Part shown: positions 34,359 to 37,242 of the stretch, piece by piece | Layout of the letters: every line of letters starts with the position of its first letter | Position numbering within the stretch: the stretch's first letter is position 1 | Assembly (NCBI RefSeq): GCF_001194135.2 | Contig: NC_069007.1 | Coordinates: 8,867,002 to 8,904,243, forward strand | Direction: 5' to 3' | Origin: Octopus bimaculoides | Taxonomy: Eukaryota | DNA: 37,242 nt | Made by a program: the position numbers and the translations under genes | Notes under the pieces: model-generated | Databases searched by the model: none | What the model was told of the DNA's origin: nothing | Seen by the model: only the letters and a program-made list of their open reading frames with translations

Positions 34359-34743
34359 GTGGAGGCGCAATGGTTCAGTAGTCAGGGCAGCGGACTCGCG
34401 GTCATAGGATCGTGGTTTCGATTCCCAGACCGGGCGTTGTGAGTGTTTATTGAGCGAAAACACCTAAAAGCTCCACGAGCCTCCGGCAGGGGATGATGGC
34501 GAACCCTGCTGTACTCTTCCACCACAACTTTCTCTCACTCATACTTCCTGTTTCTGTTGTGCCTGTGATTCGAAGGGTCAGCCTTGTCACACTGTGTCAC
34601 GCTGAATATCCCCGAGAACTACGTTAAGGGTACACGTGTCTGTGGAGTGCTCAGCCACTTGCATGTTAATTTCACGAGCAGGCTGTTCCGTTGATCGGAT
34701 CAACTGGAACCCTCGACGTCGTAAGCGACAGAGTGCCAACAAC
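34359..34743 (+). mobile_element. Full-length tRNA(Arg)-like SINE family 1
   Basis: A/B boxes, (CAA)n tail and 9-bp TSD atataagca (34350-34358, 34744-34752). Confidence 0.92.
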
Positions 34744-34929
34744 ATATAAGCATAATAGGGCAAACGGACCCAGCAGGACTAAATGTTTTTGATGAGAAAT
34801 AGTTTTATATGTTATTAATAATTATCTCAAACCACTTGTGGATAAGCTAGAATTCTATCGTAGAATGACAAATTATATTCAGTAATATTTTCACAATGAA
34901 GACTAAACAGACAGTAGAACTGTACTTAT

Positions 34930-34965
34930 CTGATGGAGTGAGAGATATGCCAGATACACTTGGTC
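34930..34965 (-). pseudogene. Family A micro-exon with mutated donor (GPSVSGISLTPS)
   Basis: Exon body is identical (36/36) to 8162-8197 and the acceptor is intact; the donor reads ATaagt instead of GTaagt. Confidence 0.65.
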
Positions 34966-35273
34966 CTGCAACAAAATGGCAATTTATTTGCATTGCATAT
35001 TGTTTCACATCGTTAATACCTAATATGATTCTTCAATGTATCATATGTATAACTTAATCTTGGAGAAGATATGATTAAGTGAATAATATAGGTTTAAAAA
35101 AGAATTTATATATATTGAGAGGTTTTTTCCAGATTTTTAAGCAAAACATTAGGATTGTGTATTGTAAAGACAAACTAAACAATAATTATTGCTTTATTGC
35201 TAATTATCTACATATATACATTATTTACATTATCTACATTTGACGGATATTCGTCCTCATCTTGTTTGTTGTT

Positions 35274-35319
35274 AACACAACGTTTCGGCTGATATATCCT
35301 CCAGCCTTCATCAGGTGTC
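35274..35319 (-). ncRNA. Minimal type I hammerhead ribozyme motif (best-preserved copy of this family)
   Basis: GACAC CUGAUGA A GGCUGG-AGGAUAUA-UCAGCC GAAA CG UU GUGUU. Intact core, palindromic AACGUU stem III region, predicted cleavage after GUU. Confidence 0.68.
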
Positions 35320-35877
35320 TTGGGGAAATTTCGAACCTGGGTTCTCATTCCTATCGATGTTACTATTATTATTATTATATTATTATTATTATTATTATTA
35401 ATCAGGTCGCTGCCGTGAATCGAACATCGCAAAGCTGTGACACGAGGAGATATCGATAAATCGGGTATAGCTGATCATGTATGAAAAANNNNNNNNNNNN
35501 NNNNNNNNNNNNNNNNNNNNNNNNNNNNNNNNNNNNNNNNNNNNNNNNNNNNNNNNNNNNNNNNNNNNNNNNNNNNNNNNNNNNNNNNNNNNNNNNNNNN
35601 NNNNNNNNNNNNNNNNNNNNNNNNNNNNNNNNNNNNNNNNNNNNNNNNNNNNNNNNNNNNNNNNNNNNNNNNNNNNNNNNNNNNNNNNNNNNNNNNNNNN
35701 NNNNNNNNNNNNNNNNNNNNNNNNNNNNNNNNNNNNNNNNNNNNNNNNNNNNNNNNNNNNNNNNNNNNNNNNNNNNNNNNNNNNNNNNNNNNNNNNNNNN
35801 NNNNNNNNNNNNNNNNNNNNNNNNNNNNNNNNNNNNNNNNNNNATAAGCCTTAAAATTCACCCCATAATTGCCCACG

Positions 35878-35950
35878 GGCATATGGCGTAGTGGTTAAGA
35901 GCGCGGGCTACTAACCCCAAGGTTCCGAGTTCGATTCACGGCAGCGACCT
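35878..35950 (+). promoter_or_regulatory. tRNA-like Pol III internal promoter in the PLE terminal repeat
   Basis: A box TGGCGTAGTGG and B box GAGTTCGATTC at tRNA-like spacing; no intact cloverleaf 3' end. Confidence 0.6.
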
Positions 35951-36031
35951 GATTAATAATAATAATAATAATATAATAATAATAATAGTAACATCGATAG
36001 GAATGAGAACCCAGGTTCGAAATTTCCCCAA

Positions 36032-36077
36032 GACACCTGACGAAGGCTGGAGGGTATATCAGCCGGAACGTTGTTTT
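36032..36077 (+). ncRNA. Hammerhead motif, probably inactivated (GAAA>GGAA)
   Basis: GACAC CUGACGA A GGCUGG-AGGGUAUA-UCAGCC GGAA CG UU GUUUU. Confidence 0.45.
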
Positions 36078-37242
36078 AACAACAAACAAGATGAGGACGA
36101 ATATCCGTCAAATGTAGATAATGTAAATAATGTAAATAATTCCTCATCTCTTAAATATAGAACTGTATCTACATATATGTCCCACCAAACTGAATGTCTT
36201 TTCTATCTATAAAAATTCCAAATACAAAAACTTTGAAAATGTTTTGTTTATAATATAAAAAAAAAATAGATATTTGGCTGCATTTCAGAATATTTCTAAA
36301 TTGTTTGGGAGACAGACAGACAGACAGATGGATAACGAGAGAGAGAGAGAAAGAGAAAGAGAGAGAGAGAGAGAGAGAGTATAAATTAGTGTGGCTGAAA
36401 ATGTAACTCATGTATTGAAAGAGACTTTTAAAAATTATTTTTCAGAATTAGAATATGTGATGTTGAAAACTGATGCCCTTTCATTTGATGTACAATATCT
36501 TTCCACCTTGTAGTAAAATGTTAAAATTCTTCTAACTTTTCTTCAAAACCATCTGATATTCTTATGTTATGCAAGTCTGTGAGAAACTAAAAGCTTTGAA
36601 ATTGTCATGGATTAGAATTTGGATTTGAGTTTTCATCAATATTTCCATTTGTGTTTCACATGAATAGAAATTTTGCAGTGTATATTATATATCCACATAT
36701 ATGTATTATCAGTTGTACATACATGGTGTATGTATTTTGTTTCCATAGCACTTTGCTGCAGGATAGTGTCCTAGGAAAGCTCCCTAAATGGCACAAAGTG
36801 TTTATAAACAAAACACATAAACTATGTGTGTGTGACTGATAATGTTTTCATTATCAGAGCTGCATTCACTTCCAAATTATATATAAGTCAGTAAATAGTG
36901 GGGTTGTGTTAACTGCACATGGAAAAATAATAGGAAAATGAAAAATAATAATAAGGCAGAATGTTAAACTGAAAGCATATTTTAATATGGATTTCTAACC
37001 GGCTTTCATTTCATTCAAGAAGAGGGAGAATGAAAATGTTTTTTACAAAAAAGTAAAAAATGAAAAAAAATAAATATACCAATACATTATATTGTCTTTG
37101 AGCTTTTAAAGTTCAATGATAATCCATGTAGATAATATTTGGAAAAATAAGGATGCATGAAGATTGAGAATTGTGTTAGGTTTAAAAAAAGGGAAAAGGG
37201 ACTAATGGTTTATGTGTTAAGCAGGAAGTGTGGTGTCAAAAC

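Larger units (their letters stand above)
35218..36165 (+). mobile_element. 5'-truncated Penelope-like element with an inverted partial terminal repeat
   Basis: Perfect 13-bp TSD tatctacatatat (35205-35217, 36166-36178). Inverted repeat at 35218-35425, endonuclease-like fragment EHRKAVTRGDIDKSGIADHV* at 35422-35484, an N gap, then the direct repeat at about 35872-36165 with tRNA-like head, (AAT)n and hammerhead. Confidence 0.82.

Noticed and set aside
9454-35891. Long ORFs in the supplied track that are mostly X
   Set aside because: They are artefacts of translating through N gaps.

Overview
AT-rich eukaryotic genomic DNA, dense in repeats and microsatellites, with ten N gaps totalling about 4.3 kb. 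The SINE repertoire looks cephalopod (octopus-like); this is recognition from memory, not a database result. None of the supplied ORFs is a host gene: they are transposon remnants, low-complexity sequence or N-filled artefacts. The main signal is one the ORF track cannot show, a minus-strand array of micro-exons running from about 34.9 kb down to 0.36 kb. I count 18 intact exons (nine of 30 nt, nine of 36 nt), each with AG/GT boundaries, phase 1-1 and an open frame, in five paralogous families. Spliced together they give about 198 aa of Ser/Thr/Pro/Gly-rich, mucin-like sequence. Four decayed copies (one inverted) and a 4 x 274-bp exon-carrying tandem array point to ongoing exon gain and loss. 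No first or last exon is visible, so the gene probably extends beyond the window on both sides. The introns hold decayed Tc1, mariner, maT (DD37D) and pogo/Tigger transposons, RTE LINE fragments, two solo LTRs and several tRNA-derived SINE families. They also hold Penelope-like insertions whose terminal repeat combines a tRNA-like Pol III head, an (AAT)n tract and a minimal type I hammerhead ribozyme motif.
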